64,000 nt of DNA from Felis catus (Eukaryota). Both the position numbers and the translations under genes were made by a program. The notes beneath the pieces were generated by a model that saw only the letters and a program-made list of their open reading frames with translations, made no database searches and was not told the DNA's origin. The DNA lies in contig NC_058368.1 of NCBI RefSeq assembly GCF_018350175.1, forward strand, positions 63,490,001-63,554,000, read 5' to 3'. Position 1 is the stretch's first letter; each line of letters opens with the position of its first letter. Positions 13,309 through 27,440 of this stretch are shown here, piece by piece.

Positions 13309-14130
13309 TCTGGAACATTTGAGGGTAAGTAATATACTTGATGACACTTTCCCTAAATATCTCAGTATTTATTTTCTATATTGAATAGGGAATTGTCTTA
13401 CAAGTACAGTGCAGTTATTAACTTCAATTATTAAAATAGCTAATTTACTTTTATTCAGCCCACCATCATTCTTCCAATTTTGTCAGTTGAGTTTTAACAA
13501 CTAAGTGGCATATCTGACTCTTGTTTGGCTATGTTTAGTTAAGCCTCATTAGACTTCCTTTAAGAAGACTAGAAATGGAGCATTTCCTTAGATTTTGTCT
13601 CTCGTGACTATGGCACTTTGAAGACCAGAACCGTCCTTTTTTTTCAATAGACCATTTTTCATTTTAGGTTTGTCTGATGTTTCCTCATGATTAGACTCAG
13701 TAAGAATACTGCATTGGTTTTGCTGCATCCTCTCAGAGTGGCATACAATGGCCATCTTCCTCTCATCAGTGATACTTTTTTGGTCACTAGTCAACGTGTC
13801 TTCTGATTTCTCCACTGTGTAATTCCTTTTTTTTTTCCCAAGTAACTAATGAAGAGTTTGTGAAGAGACTTTAGGACCATACAAATATCCTGATCTTTTA
13901 GATTCAGTATCTACTGATGATTCTTTCTTCATCAGATCTCTCCTGTGATGGTTGCAAAGGCTGATCTTCCAATGTCAGCATTCCCTCCACATTTACAAGT
14001 CAATCCTTAGCATTCTGCCATGAGTAAGAGCCTCCCTTCTCCAGCATTTATTCACCTATTCATCTGTCTGTCGCTGATTATCAGGATGTGCTCATGACTT
14101 CTACCGTTCTTTCATTGCTTTATCATTACT
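13150..14130 (-). mobile_element. Ancient L1MC-like 3' region containing (GT)n at ~13280-13308
   Basis: TTTTATTTGGAAATAACCTCAAACTTACAAAAAAGTTGCAA...TTTGTCTGATGTTTCCTCATGATTAGA. Confidence 0.7.
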
Positions 14131-14413
14131 GGAGCTACTTATTTTTGTGCTCAAGTTCTGCTTTATGATACTCACTGTATTTGTAATTTCTTGAATGATG
14201 ACTATCATCCCTGTTAGAATGGAAGCTCCTGAGTGCAGAGGTCACCATGTCCCCAGGGCTTATTACACAGCCGTACTCAATGAAAGAAGTCAAGGAAAGA
14301 TTTGTTAACTGGTCAAAAGAACCATGATCCAACACAAAACATGTAAACAGCATTGTTACGAATCTTCTGAGGTGTATATCTCAACTACAAAATGAAGAGC
14401 ACACTGCTATTTC

Positions 14414-14627
14414 TTAATTTTTTTAAATATTCATTTTTGAGAGACAGAGAGACAGAGAGACAGAGTGAGAGCAGGAGAGGGGAAGAGACAGAGGGAGACA
14501 CAGAATCTGAAACAGGCTCCAGGCTCTGAGCTGTCAGCACAGAGTCCAACACGGGGTTCAAACTCAAGAATCGTTATGTCATGACCTGAGCTGAAGTGGG
14601 ATGCTCAACCTACTTAGCCACCCAGTG
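14414..14627 (-). mobile_element. CAN-SINE
   Basis: TSD CTGCTATTTC at 14404 and 14628. Confidence 0.95.
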
Positions 14628-15334
14628 CTGCTATTTCATTGGAGGACTTAGGGGGAAACTAAAGAAAATTTTGAGAGGTAAATGAGAAGTTACTTCAGTT
14701 TAATCCTTTATAACTTCATGGATTTCCACCATTTTGGCTGGTAAAGCTTTTGGTTTACTCAAATATTCATCCTTGTCCCAGAGTCCTTTCTGCTCACAAT
14801 TAATAGACAATGACTAATCCACATGAAGCACAGGCCTCATCAAACCCACAAACACTTATGGAATGAATGTAATAACTGGAGATGAGGGTAGATCAAAAAT
14901 AGATTTAAGTTTTTTGAAATCTAAACTAATAGTGCATTTTTAAAAATTATTAGACAATGACATATTGTCTAGATGTCAAGATGTTTTGCCCTCCTTGGTG
15001 GAATTAGTACGGCCCTGCTAGAAATGCAATGTCAAATTCAGATCACAAATAGCTCTTTCACAGATTTTAGGAGACACTGTATAGACTGATTCTGAATTTT
15101 TGGTTTTAAGCAGCATGTTATATTTTCTAATTATTGTTTAAAAGGAGAATTGAGCCAGAAGCCAAGGTGGAGAATTAGGACTAATGAATAGAAGTTAAAG
15201 AAAAATCAACAATAGAATATTGTAAAGAAAAACTTTCTGATAATCAACATTATTGCTTTAAGAAAATAATGAGGACTTATCTTTTCCTTTCTTTTCAGAA
15301 ACTAGGTAAGATAGAAACCAAGAATATGAGATTA

Positions 15335-15427
15335 TATATATACATAGATATAGATGATATAGATATAGAGATATAGATATAGATATAGATATAGATATAG
15401 ATATAGATATAGTATATGATATATATA
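15335..15427 (+). repeat. (TATAGA)n microsatellite
   Basis: Tandem GATATA units. Confidence 0.95.
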
Positions 15428-15512
15428 AAAGGCCAGTTGACCAGAAAGAACGGGTGTAGAGAATCCTTGATGCATGGTGTAGTTGGATATCAATGTTAAA
15501 AATGACTATATA

Positions 15513-15729
15513 GGGGTGCCTGGGTGGCTCAGTTGGTTAAACATTGGACTTCAGCTCAGGTCATGATCTCACAGTTTGTGAGTTCGAGCCCTGCATCAGC
15601 TCTGTGCTGACAGCTCAGAGCCTGGAGCCTACCTGAGATTCTGTCTCCCTCTCTCTCTGTCCCTCCCCCCGCCCCCACTCTCTGTCTTTCTCTCCCCTTA
15701 AAAATTAAATAAACATTTAAAAATGTTTT
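15513..15729 (+). mobile_element. CAN-SINE
   Basis: TSD AATGACTATATA at 15501 and 15730. Confidence 0.97.
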
Positions 15730-16114
15730 AATGACTATATAAAACTAGCTATAATATCTTAGCACATGTCACATGCACAATGGTATATATACATCCACAC
15801 AGTCTTATTTAAATAAAACTTTCAAAATATATTTTCATAATGATCTACAAAAGTAGATATAACTGTTCCCAAGTTATGTAGGAAGTAAAATTACGAAAGG
15901 CAGTATGCGAAGGAATCAAATTTAAACTTGTTACTCCAAAAGCAATGAAACTTCTCAATCAATAATGTAGATTCTAAATACATAAGAAATTTACAACTTA
16001 TATTTATAAAATCAAGATTTCCTCCCAGGTTATGCTCTGCATCAAATTCTGGGTATTCTTTTCAAATCAATTCTTTATTGAACATTTACTCAAGCAAATA
16101 AGTGATATCTTCAA

Positions 16115-16159
16115 AATAATAATAATAATAATAATAATAATAGTAGTAGTAGTAATAAT
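16115..16159 (+). repeat. Compound (AAT)n(AGT)n microsatellite
   Basis: Seen directly. Confidence 0.9.
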
Positions 16160-16789
16160 GGTGAAGATTTAAATGGTGTTTACAATGTATCAAGCACTGC
16201 TCTAATATGTGCCGTTAGCCAAATTTCACCATTATCCATAATAAATATAGATTTCAATATTAAAAATATATGTACAAATATCAGGTATCAGTATAGATTC
16301 AGAAATGTTTTTATGTCATTAACTCCATTTCATTAATTAAATAACCTAAGCTAAAAATAAGAAATGACATAAACAAATTTCTTAGAGTCCTATATGATTC
16401 ACTATTCCCTGCTTATAATAATTTTCCATAGAGAAATTAAGTGGATTTTCTGTTGTGATTTTGTAAGTATTGGGGAAATGTCCTGTTTGCAAACTACTGA
16501 ATGAGTATTTCTGTTTAGAACTCTTTATACTAATACCCTCTCTATTGAAAAGCATTGCCCTTCTAATATCATGCCCTAACATACATTCCGCATTAAAATA
16601 TTAGCTGATTATTAGCCAAAAATGGGAGAAAGTTGGGATTCTATTTCTTGTTTTATAGTATATAAACTTGCTAGGGAAAGGAAAGACCACCAGTTTCTTT
16701 TAGTATTTATTTCTTATCATCACAGTGCTGCATCATATATTTTTCCTTCTTAGGATTGTAGAACAAGCATCCAGTAAGCTCCTTAGAAC

Positions 16790-16925
16790 ATTCATTCATT
16801 CACTCATCCATACATTCCTTTATTTGGTACCTACTATGTGCCGTGTGCTATTTCAGAAAGAAGGAATGCATTTACAAGCAAAAGAGACAAAGTCCCTGCC
16901 CTCATAAAACTTAACATTCTGTTGT
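16790..16925 (-). mobile_element. L2 3'-end fragment
   Basis: CATTCATTCATTCA...ACCTACTATGTGCC...AGACAAAGTCCCTGCCCTCAT. Confidence 0.75.
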
Positions 16926-19900
16926 AGTTGTAAAGACAGTGCACCCATAAAAATATGGAATTTAATGCCACATCTTTAAAAAGTGCATTCATTAAAAAAA
17001 TAAAGCAGTATAATCATTTTCCTCATAATTCTAATGTAAAGCATAATTGTAACAGGAAAGACAACAGGAACGCTATGCCATTATTCTACCTGCAAAGTAA
17101 AGGTGGTATATGAATATGAATTTCTGGGGACTTCTCTGCAGTGTAACTCTATCATTTGCTGAGAGAAAAGAAATGCTTTTTATGTTTTATGGTTTCACTT
17201 GAATTTCAGGAGACCTGCAATATCATTTTTGAGAAAATTCTTATTAATCAAAATCTTTTGTAAAGTGGAAGATTAACCTATTCAGCCTGTTATTTCCTAT
17301 ATATGCCTGGCTTCCAAGGACTCTCCCTTCATACTCAGAGATAGCTTGCCAGGAGAACTTACCTGTATTTCCATGAATACAGGTACATATCTTTTCTTTT
17401 AAGTCAGTAGCAAGTATGTTTTCACTGTCAAGGATTATTATCTTCAGAGAGGCAAAAATGCTGCCATCAGATAGGGCTTGTGCTGCCCCTTTGGGGTTTT
17501 GTCAACAGAGGTTCTGTTCATTGAAGAGCTGCCCTCAGTTTTTTCTTCTATGAGACTTCACCAAAGTATTTTAGATTTGCTCTCACAATTAGTCTATTTG
17601 ACTTTACATTCACTTGACTCTTGTAAATAATCTTACACTATACTTAATCCCAGATTTGAGATTTATTATAGTTCCAGTGCCCTGAAAATCAGCCAAACGC
17701 CTCAGCCTAGGCGCTCACACAAGGAGAATACTAAGGACAGTACTAAAGTTGGATGGTCTGAATTTTCATGAAGAAGGACCTTTTGTTCTCCTCCCAGGAA
17801 CTAAACAAAACGAGTCGCTAGGCCAACTCCCGGAGCCAAAGTTACAGAGTCAAGCAGAGGCCATTTAACTGAGAAATAGGCAGGTTTTTAAAGGGAAGAA
17901 AATTTTAAAAGAAAAACAACCTGTCCCTCTTACCTATACTCTTGGATCATGCTCACTTTAATGCTACCTGTGGTTTCTATAATAATTTCATTTTTTCTCC
18001 TTTAATAATTCATTTTGTGGAAATGTGGTAATGGCACACTACTTCAAATGTACTATTTATCCAATTCACACATTTCCCAACTTATGCACCTTTTGTCCCA
18101 TAATTGAATTCATTTTATGTCTACCTCTAGGTTATACCCCAGCCCAAGATTCTGAGGATCTGTAGGCATCTGTGACAGTGGATATTTATTTGGCCCCAGC
18201 CACACTTTCTGAAACTCATCATTATAGGCACTAGTCCAGTGCTAAACAGTGCCCTAGGTCTGATAGAGTAGGACCTGCCTTTGCCTCTGAGTTCTTGTTC
18301 AGCCTAATATTCAGTCCACTCTAGAACCGAAGCCTTTCAAAGCTCTTACTAATTCCTATCCCAGCGTCTGGAACTCTTTCCTAAATTTTTTACCAGTGTC
18401 CACATCATTGCTGCTTACAGAGTAGAATAGTAATACATTAAGGTGGGCATTCAGAGGGCTCAGAAAATTCTAGAAAATTGTATGATTATAACATACTTCT
18501 AAAATTAGCTTCATTACCAATGTTTGCCTTCTAGAAATCTTGCATTATTTGACTTACAATAGTACATTATAAAATCAAAACATCTCATAAACTTTTTACT
18601 TTCATCATCAAATTCCTAATGACATTTGTTTCTTTAATACCAAAGTGTTTGTTCTTTAAAGAACATAATCGGAAGGGAAAATTGTAATGATAGTCTGAAA
18701 AATAAATGCAAACTTTCAACTTTGTTTATATTTATTCAGATAATGCTTTCAGTATCTCAATGCAAAAGCGTTCGAAACCAAATATTTTGAAATGTAAGCA
18801 TCTGAAAAACAGTAAAATAGAAACATTGCCTAATAAAGGATGTTAAGAAATATTCAGATATCTTTAAGAAATATTCCTATTTCTGGGAAATAATGTACTA
18901 CATAAAAGTGAAAGTATGTTCTCTCATTTGACATGATGGATAGCCAAGATTTTATGTAATGGAAAACATAAAGATATTTCACCATGGCAAGGAACTAGTA
19001 CCTTATCCCTTCATGTTCTAGTATTTCATTGCAAGGTTTATATTATCAACATTAAGCAGAAGAGTCTCACAAGTAGACAAGGAAAAGAATAAATGAAGAA
19101 AGAATATTGATGAGTGGTAATATGTAAGCAGGCAAATTTACAGAAGTATTATTTAATGCCATAATATTAAAATAATTCTGACTTTAATTGACCTTTAAGA
19201 GTTGAGTACCAGCCATGTATTTTATGTAGTTATTTACACCTGGAAAATTCTATTTGTTTCAGTATTGTTTAAATAATAATGAAGACATTTGACAATTCCT
19301 AATAATGAGACATGAGAGACATTTTTCCTATGGATACTTGTGAAGAGGACACAATATTATAGCAAGCATCCCTTAAGAATATCCTTAGCATACCTACAGC
19401 TATTTCTTTTAACATCCCTCAATGTAAAGCAATAGTTATACCATGAAAACCAAAAAATGCTCCATGAAAGAGGCTCTATGGAGATAAATGGATTTGTAAA
19501 ACAATGCAGTGCAGGTATACATTTCTGTTGGTCCAGTTTAATCTAGATATAATCTACATTTGGATCACTTTTCCAATTTTTTTTTTTTTTTTTTTTTGGA
19601 AATCAGATACAGATGAGAATTGGGGAGGGGTGCTTGAATAGAACATCTCCAAAGAGAAATTCTCACAAGCACAATCTTTTGCATATAGATACAGCATTTT
19701 AACAAATTCCATGATACACAACATGGACTTCTTAGACTCTTGCTTTTCAAATTGCAGATCTGTACCCATTAGCTGTCCATGGATTAATTTATTGGGCTGG
19801 AAATGGCAGTTTGAAACCCTGAAGGATTCAGGTAAGTTTCTCACAGTAGTGATGTAGTTTTGGAATCTTCCTTCATTCGTCCATAAAAACAGACCAGACA

Positions 19901-20389
19901 GGCAAACAAGAATAGCAAAACCAAAACTGCTGACAGCATCTACAACAAAACTTCATGAATCTCACGATGTGAGCACACAGAGAACCTACAACCACAAAGA
20001 TCTACAATACCCCGATGGAATCAGCATCTGATTGGCGGCAAGTGGAGGAAAGGGAATAGGCTTGATGGCCCTACAACTAGTAAACAGCCGATCGCCATAA
20101 GGTACTCACTGGAAATTGTGGCAGGTCAATGTGAGAATGGAAGCCAAAACCATGCAGGGTTTCTGCAACCATGGATAAAGTCAGGGTATTCAAATGTGAT
20201 ATGGTCTGATGATGCCTGAACTGTATACACTATTAAACTGTCGTACAAAACAATCTTCTAATTTTAGAAATACAATATATATTATAATCATACAAAGAAA
20301 ATTGCTTTTCTTTTAACTGAAATATTGCTAATTATGGCAGGGCAGCAATATCAAGGCTAGTCAGCCCTGAGAATTACCTAGAGTTGTAC

Positions 20390-20568
20390 TCTACTTCATT
20401 GATTCTAGAGGCATTTTTTTTTCACATTTTAACATCTCTCAATCATCGTGGTCCTTACATTTGACAGTGTCTTAGAATTTTAGCACTTTTCCTCAGATCA
20501 TAATACATTAAGTAAATAAATTATTTCTCATACAATTGATGGCACCTTAGATATGATGACATACAGTA
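20390..20568. mobile_element. MER104-like TcMar-Tc2 MITE
   Basis: TTCATTGATTCTAGAGGCATTTTTTCACATTTTAACATCTCT...ACAATTGATGGCACCTTAGATATGATGA, with degenerate terminal inverted repeats. Confidence 0.7.
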
Positions 20569-21036
20569 TTTTCCTATTATCTGCGCAATGGCCCATCATA
20601 GGCTTTACCCATGTAGGGCCATTATTTTCTGGTCAAAATCAAGAAGTTTGGTACAACAGAACTCAATGCTACCTCAATACGGAGATGGTAAAAATGATAA
20701 GCAATTACTATTGGAGATCAAGAAAAACTACTTCCTAGTTATGTAACGTTATACAGGAAAATTGAATTGTACTTTTTCATGTTTCCTAAATTTTAAAAAT
20801 TCACTAGCTGAGACAGTAACATTTATAATTATGATTTATTGGTTGTTTTATAATGTTGGTCTTATGGAAGTTATAGGCAGAGTAGAAATCTGGATAAAAT
20901 TGAAAGCAATATCCACAGTACTACAGCTATTTACATCACAAGTGCCCATTGCCATTATATGAATTATTTCTCTGATGCTAGTAAACAGAAGAAAACATAA
21001 TGACTTAAGTTAATTAATATGTTAAAAATAGTATAA

Positions 21037-21256
21037 GGGCGCCTGAGTGACTCAGTCAGTTAAGCTTCCAACTTCAGCTCAGGTCTGTGAGCTTGAGCCC
21101 CGCATCGGGCTCTGTGCTGACTGACAACTTGGAGCCTGGAGCCTGCTTCAGATTCTGTGTCTCCCTCTCTCTCTGCCCCTCTCCCCCACTCGCACTCTGT
21201 CTCTCATGCTCTGTCTTTCTCTGTCTCTCAAAAATAAATGTTTTTTAAAAAATTTT
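21037..21256 (+). mobile_element. CAN-SINE with a small internal deletion
   Basis: Head, B box, CT tract; TSD AATRGTATAA. Confidence 0.93.
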
Positions 21257-21344
21257 AATGGTATAAATAGTAATTATAACCTAGGTTACTGTTGTGACTA
21301 TCATAGATTTTTGACATGATTATTTGATATGTTAGCAGCTAATG

Positions 21345-22260
21345 GGTTAGTCTGGGTCCAATCAAGAGACAAAAATCACACAGTAATTTAAACGGGACGT
21401 TTAATATAAAGAATTATTAAGTTATAGTAGGAGAGTAGTTATGAAAAGGATGTAAAGAGAATACTAAAGGATACCCTAAGGTTGAGGAAGTCCTTAAGGA
21501 AAGACAAATTTGGGGGGCACCTGGGTGTGTGAGTTAAGCATCCAACTCTTGGTTTCAGCTCAGGTCATGATCTCACCGTTCAGGTTCAAACCCTGTGATG
21601 GGCTCCACAACTGGCAGCATGGAGACTGCTTGTGATTCTCCATCTCCCTCTTCAGCCCCTCCCCCACCAATGCAGTCTCTGTCTCTCTGAAAATAAATAA
21701 ATAAACTTAAAAAAAAAAAAGGAAAGGCAAACTTGGAAGAAGTTCTCCCTTACAAGGCTGAGGTTCAGACCTAACGGGAAAAGGCATGATTGTAGCCCAC
21801 TGGTTGGCAGGGACGTTTGCTGCACTGCTGGGCCAGAAGAGGTCCACATTGCTAGGAAAATAAGAAATTACCCTTCTGGGTGAGGAGAGCCACAGCTATC
21901 AGAGATTGTGCAAAGGGGGTAAGAACGCGGCTGTAGGAGAGAAGCATGGAGCATGCAGTGCCCACACTTGGCGGACTGCAGAAAGACGGTCACCATGGCC
22001 AGCGATGCAAGATTCCCAAGGAACTATGCCCGCTGGGTCCAGGCTCTGGCCAAGTGCCACCGCATGTCTTCACACATACAACCACTGACTAACCCTGCAG
22101 CAGAAGCAAGAAAAAGAAAAGCCACACACACAGGAGCCATGAAAAGCTACTCCCTTCCTGCTGCAATGTTTCTCCCACTCTGCTGGCTAAATTTACATCA
22201 TGCTCCTTAGAAAGAAAAAACTTATTGTTCAGTATGGGCACTCAGAAGTAAAGGGTGAAT
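21345..22260. mobile_element. Probable ancient ERVL/MaLR-class LTR, interrupted by a SINE
   Basis: GTTAGTCTGGGTCCAATCAAGAGACA...CACACAGTAATTTAAAC...TTTAATATAAAGAATTATTAA start resembles old ERVL LTRs; subfamily not certain. Confidence 0.5.
21514..21718 (+). mobile_element. CAN-SINE
   Basis: Head/CT/polyA; TSD AAGGAAAGRCAAAYTT. Confidence 0.93.
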
Positions 22261-22549
22261 TTGGAGTTGAGAGGCGATAAATTGATAACTGGCACTGCAA
22301 GCGATTAAAGACATCTTTGAAGTGTCTGCTGTAAGTGTAAGCCCTGAGTGAGATACTAGGAAGAACATCACTAGGAAGCTGTGTGGCATAGCAGGAGTGG
22401 AATGAGAAGGAGAGGAACGGATGGACAGAAATTACGCTTATGAAGAATATGCCTAGAAACCCAGAGTCCCAGGTAGTTAGGGAAAACACCTTTCATTCGA
22501 TAGTATTTTAGAATTTTAGGAAAGCTATATATCATCTCATTTTTGATGT

Positions 22550-22680
22550 TCACAAGTATCCTGTGAAATTAGTTGAGTCATTACTATCACTGCGAATTTA
22601 TAAATGAGGAAACGGTGGCCCAGAGACATTAATGCACTTAACCAGAGTCTCAAAGCTAGTGAATATCAGAGGATTTGATG
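22550..22680 (-). mobile_element. MIR fragment
   Basis: TTTATAAATGAGGAAACGGTGGCCCAGAGA core. Confidence 0.65.
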
Positions 22681-25600
22681 TTAAAATTTTAGAAATGCAT
22701 GTTTAGGACTGTGGAACTTACTGTGGCTTTGACAATGAAATTAGACTAGAGTTGTCTCAGGGTCCCATTACCCAGAAACATGTTGCATATTACAAAAGAG
22801 TCTATCAGCAAACATTTAAAAGTGTGCTCTACAAATCTAGCCATATCTGTAATCGGCTGGGACAGCTGCTACTTTTCTCTCTTCTGCAGTTCTGGATAAT
22901 CCCCATTTTCTTCCAGAATTCACAATACACACACAAACATACACACCACGAACTGCCTGGGCACAAAGGTGGTGCCTATCATGGAAACTTTCAAAAGTCT
23001 AGCTGTGAATATATTTAAACTTTATAAAAATGATCCCTGGCTGTTTTTTTCTTTAATGCCTAATGTGCATCTATCATAGGAAGAATTAATGAAGCACACA
23101 AAAGTAAAATATGACAACTCACAAACGCTAATTAGATTTGCTAGGTATTAACACACCTGCTATATTCCCTGACTCATTGGGTTTTTTCCTTGTTTAAATA
23201 ATTTTTAATGTCACGTCCTTAAATCCAGACTCAATGCGTATAGCCTTTCAAACTTACCTAAATCTTTAGGTCTGCTGAGTACACCCTCTCCGTTCTAAGT
23301 ATTTAAATTGTGCCCGAGGCCAAAAAAACACAAAATTTATTCCAGCCTAAAATATCCAGGTAATAAAAAGGAATACTCTTTTGTTTGGATAACGGATAAC
23401 CTCCTCTATTTTCCAAGTCATTTTAGGTATTTTCTAGACAATAAATATCAACTGTGGGATTTTTTTTTTATATCCTTCTTTGGGTATTAGTGGTACAATT
23501 AAATTTCCATTGTTACGGCACTCACTGTCCAGTTTGGGGGTAATGTACATCCTGTGCCTTCCCTCTCTTCGGCTCCCTGCATAAGCATCTCATGATCACT
23601 AATGACCACTACCAGAGAGCGTCACGGTAAGTGTGTGTCAGCAAAACTAAAAATCGCCACTGGAGAGGCTGTGACAAAAATTTTAGAAAGAAGCTGAGAC
23701 CACTGAATAATTTATAATTATCCTTTGTCTAGTAAACAACATCAGAAATAATTGTAAAATGTGTAGTCTTCAGACTCTTCCTTTGTATGAACGAATGTAA
23801 TTATATAAGGAAGAGGAAAGAAGAGCATGTTTTCTGTCGGTCCCCTTTCTTTCCTTCAGTATAACTTCCTTTACATCTGGATAAATCTCCTATTTGCAGC
23901 AATTTACAATTATGGCAACATTTGATGTAAGACTTGAGTTTTCTAAATTATTTGAAATAAAATATCTTAAAAAATTCTGGGAATCTAAATGTGTGAAGCA
24001 TTTAATACGAGATTTCTTGACAGGAATTTTTCTAAATAACGTTTTGTTCCTTTTTTTTTTTTTTTAATCATGCTGTTTTAACCTTGAAGGACAATTTCCT
24101 GTGGTGTCTCTGTAAAGCTGCAAATGCCATGTCAGAAACAACAGGGAGCCCCAGACTGTGTGACGTGGAGTGAGAGGTACGTGGTATAAACCATGGAACT
24201 GAAGTCCTCTGCCAGAGAATAGTAAATATTTTTTAGAACAAAGGTTATTACTACTGAGCGGAAGAAAATAACTCCACGTGTTCATGCTAAAAACAAAGAC
24301 ATTTAGACATTTGAAAATAAAAACGTAGCAAGAGCAATCTGAGGATGCAGGTGGATTTGGTAAAGAGAGCTAGCTGTTCAACCATCCTCTGGTCCATGTT
24401 CTACAGACGCTTCTCATCCTAGTCTGACCAATGGGGGACTGTGTCCCGCTCCTACCTATAGATTGACAGGTAAAGAAAACGTTAATGCGTTTGTTCATGT
24501 TGGATGATACCGCCTTTTTTTCTTTTACCAGTTTTAAAGGTTGCAGATTTTCACCATGGCAAATTTTGATTTTGTTTAAAGAGTTAAGAAAATATTTTCA
24601 AATCTTAAATAAATAGATATGTAGGATCTTACTTAACGTTTTTTTCTGTTTGTAGGTAAATACCAATATTTGCAATTGACAAAAAATGACAACAAATACT
24701 CAGTATAGTCCCTCAGCTATTTATATTATATACAATTTTTTAAGGCATTTAGAATTTTAAAGCTAATGTATTTAGTGTCAGAACCTATGTCTGATGAAAA
24801 CCACATCTTGAAACAAACATTTTTTCAGTCTTTTAAGCTATCTAGACTTCAGAATTATTATTAATTCTGAATAGGTCAGTTCTGATCATTCTGGGCAAAC
24901 AAACTTTCCAACTATCATCTGTTTTTCTTAATATTACTTGAGGAATTTGGGCAGAATTTTTAATGAGAAATCATTAGGATTTAATTCCCATACATGGGTA
25001 TGTAATGATTAAAAAAAAAAAATTAGCTTGCTTTCCTGGTGGATAATCTAATTCTCACCTTCTTTTGTATGTGCCTACTACTAATTATTTTAAAGTCAGA
25101 AAATTTTAAATAATTATTCAAAGTATATATAGGGGTCATTGTGAAAGATATGAATTAGGAAGCACATGGCAATTAAGATATGAATAGTTATGTTACTACA
25201 GATCATGAAGACAAATGCAATTTTTAAAGGCTTTTTCTTGTGCAAATCTATTCAGAAAAAAACACTTAGGTTCGGTTTATATGCACAACGTGCTTCACCC
25301 TTTCCTTGACTATTAAAACCACTAATTAGCAGCTGTTCGATTACTTAAAATAGTGAAGTTGTTCATGCTGTAGCTAAGGACAGAATGCACAAGTAAAAGA
25401 AAACTCATAATAAATCCGTACAAGTGGAAGTACAAGTGAAGTACAAGTGTTAAATAGGATCTTATGTCTTGATTCATTGTCACAATGCGAGCCTGGATTC
25501 TACTAAGAAACTGTCATTTCACAAGTATTTGTCAAACCAAACATATTTTCTTTATACCATTAGAAATATTAGTAAAGAACAAAACTGAATTACTAAAATA

Positions 25601-26799
25601 ACATTTATTGGCTGATTATATATAAATTTTAAATATTAAAGTACGGTAACAATTGCCCTTTCATTGTTAGCAATGTTCCCCAGGAAAAATATTCTGCATT
25701 CTTTACAAAATTCTGCAGCAAAAACATAAATTCATGCTGAATTTCAGATTTATATATACATGAAATATTTGGGTGAAATGGTTGAATTGGTTAAGTACTC
25801 TCTTCATAACTAATAACTAATGAAATATTTGCTTAATATTTTAATTGTAACTTTTTGCAGTATTTTTATTGTAGAAACAGCATCATTTAATAATATGTGG
25901 TAAAAATGAACAATTATGATATGTTTACAACAGAATACATTTTGTTGATTTCGACTTGGTCATATAAAATATTTTCTTTGTCATTTTCTCATAGGTTCTG
26001 TATTTCTTGGAATCATTCATTTTTGCTAGTTGGGAAATTTGGATCAAAAAGTTATAAACCTAAAATGTGGCAGAAATTTGAAATTAGAAGCATTTGATAG
26101 GGCAATTAAATCCAGACTCTTCCAAATGAAGTGTCTTTTTCACATTTGGCAAATAAGTAACTTTGCCCCAAAAACTTTAAAAAATATTTAATTAACACAG
26201 TTTGGAATAATAGGAAATAAAACTTGTTTGTGCCTTAAAAATGTAGAACTTGCATATAGTTTCATTTTGCAAAGCACAAAATATCAAAAGCAATTCACAG
26301 AACCGAAGGAACGTTATTTCAAGAAACTTTTAAATTAGAAAATGTTTGGCAGTCTTCTGACAGCAAAGAAAAATAGTAATATTTTCTCCAAAACTCTGTA
26401 GTCAAATATCACTTTTAAGCTCTTACAGTTCTTTTAAAATAGGGACAAAGTAACCTTGAGGTACGTTATCATACATATGGTATACCATATATTCAACAAT
26501 TCAGCAATTCAACACTCAACCATTAAGTTCAAAGATTTAATTAAGATCGAAAAATGTATTCTTTTCCTTTTTCTCTTTTTCTACTACTTTAATTTCTTTT
26601 TATTTAATCACCATGTTAGATTAGCATAAACACAATTTTATGTATTCTCTGGCTCTCCCCTTCCTATGGAGAATATAAGATTTAAAGAAAAAGAACATCA
26701 AGCTGCTTTTTTCTTCCAATTGCAGCGATTCCACAGCAATTCAAGATACAGATAAATCTATACATGCCTGTCTTGTTTTGAAAAGCTGAATTTAAACAT

Positions 26800-27440
26800 C
26801 CACACACAGCTGGCAGGAGTGTAAACTGCTAAATCCAATGGAGAAAAGTAATTTTACTTTACTTGGTAAAGTTGAATATATGCATACCGTATGGCCATTC
26901 CTGTGTATAATACTCTAGTCTGGCAAAATTCCTCCTCCTGTGCACTGGGATGCATGCCCAAGTTCATAGCTCTATTGTCCACAGTAGCAAAAACAAACAA
27001 ACAAGCAAAACTGTAAATAATTCGAAAACTCCAATGACAATGGATAAAATAAGTAAATTGTGGCATACTTAGACACTGGAACATTTTATGGAGTGGAAAA
27101 TCAATGAACTACAGTTATGGGCATCAACAAGAAAAATTATTTTAAAAAAACAAATATTAAATGAAAATTTAAGTAATGGAAGAATACAATATGATTCCAT
27201 TGACTTTAATTTCAAAAACAGGCAAACCACATACACATTGTTTGGGAACACATTCAAATGTGGTGAAATTACAAAGAAAAGCAAGGCAATGATTAGCACT
27301 AAATTCAGGTGATTAGCACCACCTCTAGGAATGAGGGAAAGGGATGCAAGGTTAAGATCATTTGCATTCAGGTGATTTCTAAGATGCCTACCATGTTTTG
27401 TTTTTCATTGTGGGTGGTGGATACACAAGTGCTCAGTTTT
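26800..27440 (+). mobile_element. Ancient L1ME-like 3' fragment
   Basis: GCTGGCAGGAGTGTAAACTG...ATGGATAAAATAAGTAAATTGTGG...AATGAACTACAG. Confidence 0.6.

Noticed and set aside
17360..17385. 10-bp inverted repeat TACCTGTATT-N6-AATACAGGTA
   Set aside because: About one such stem is expected by chance in 64 kb of AT-rich DNA. It is too short for a pre-miRNA and has no supporting context.
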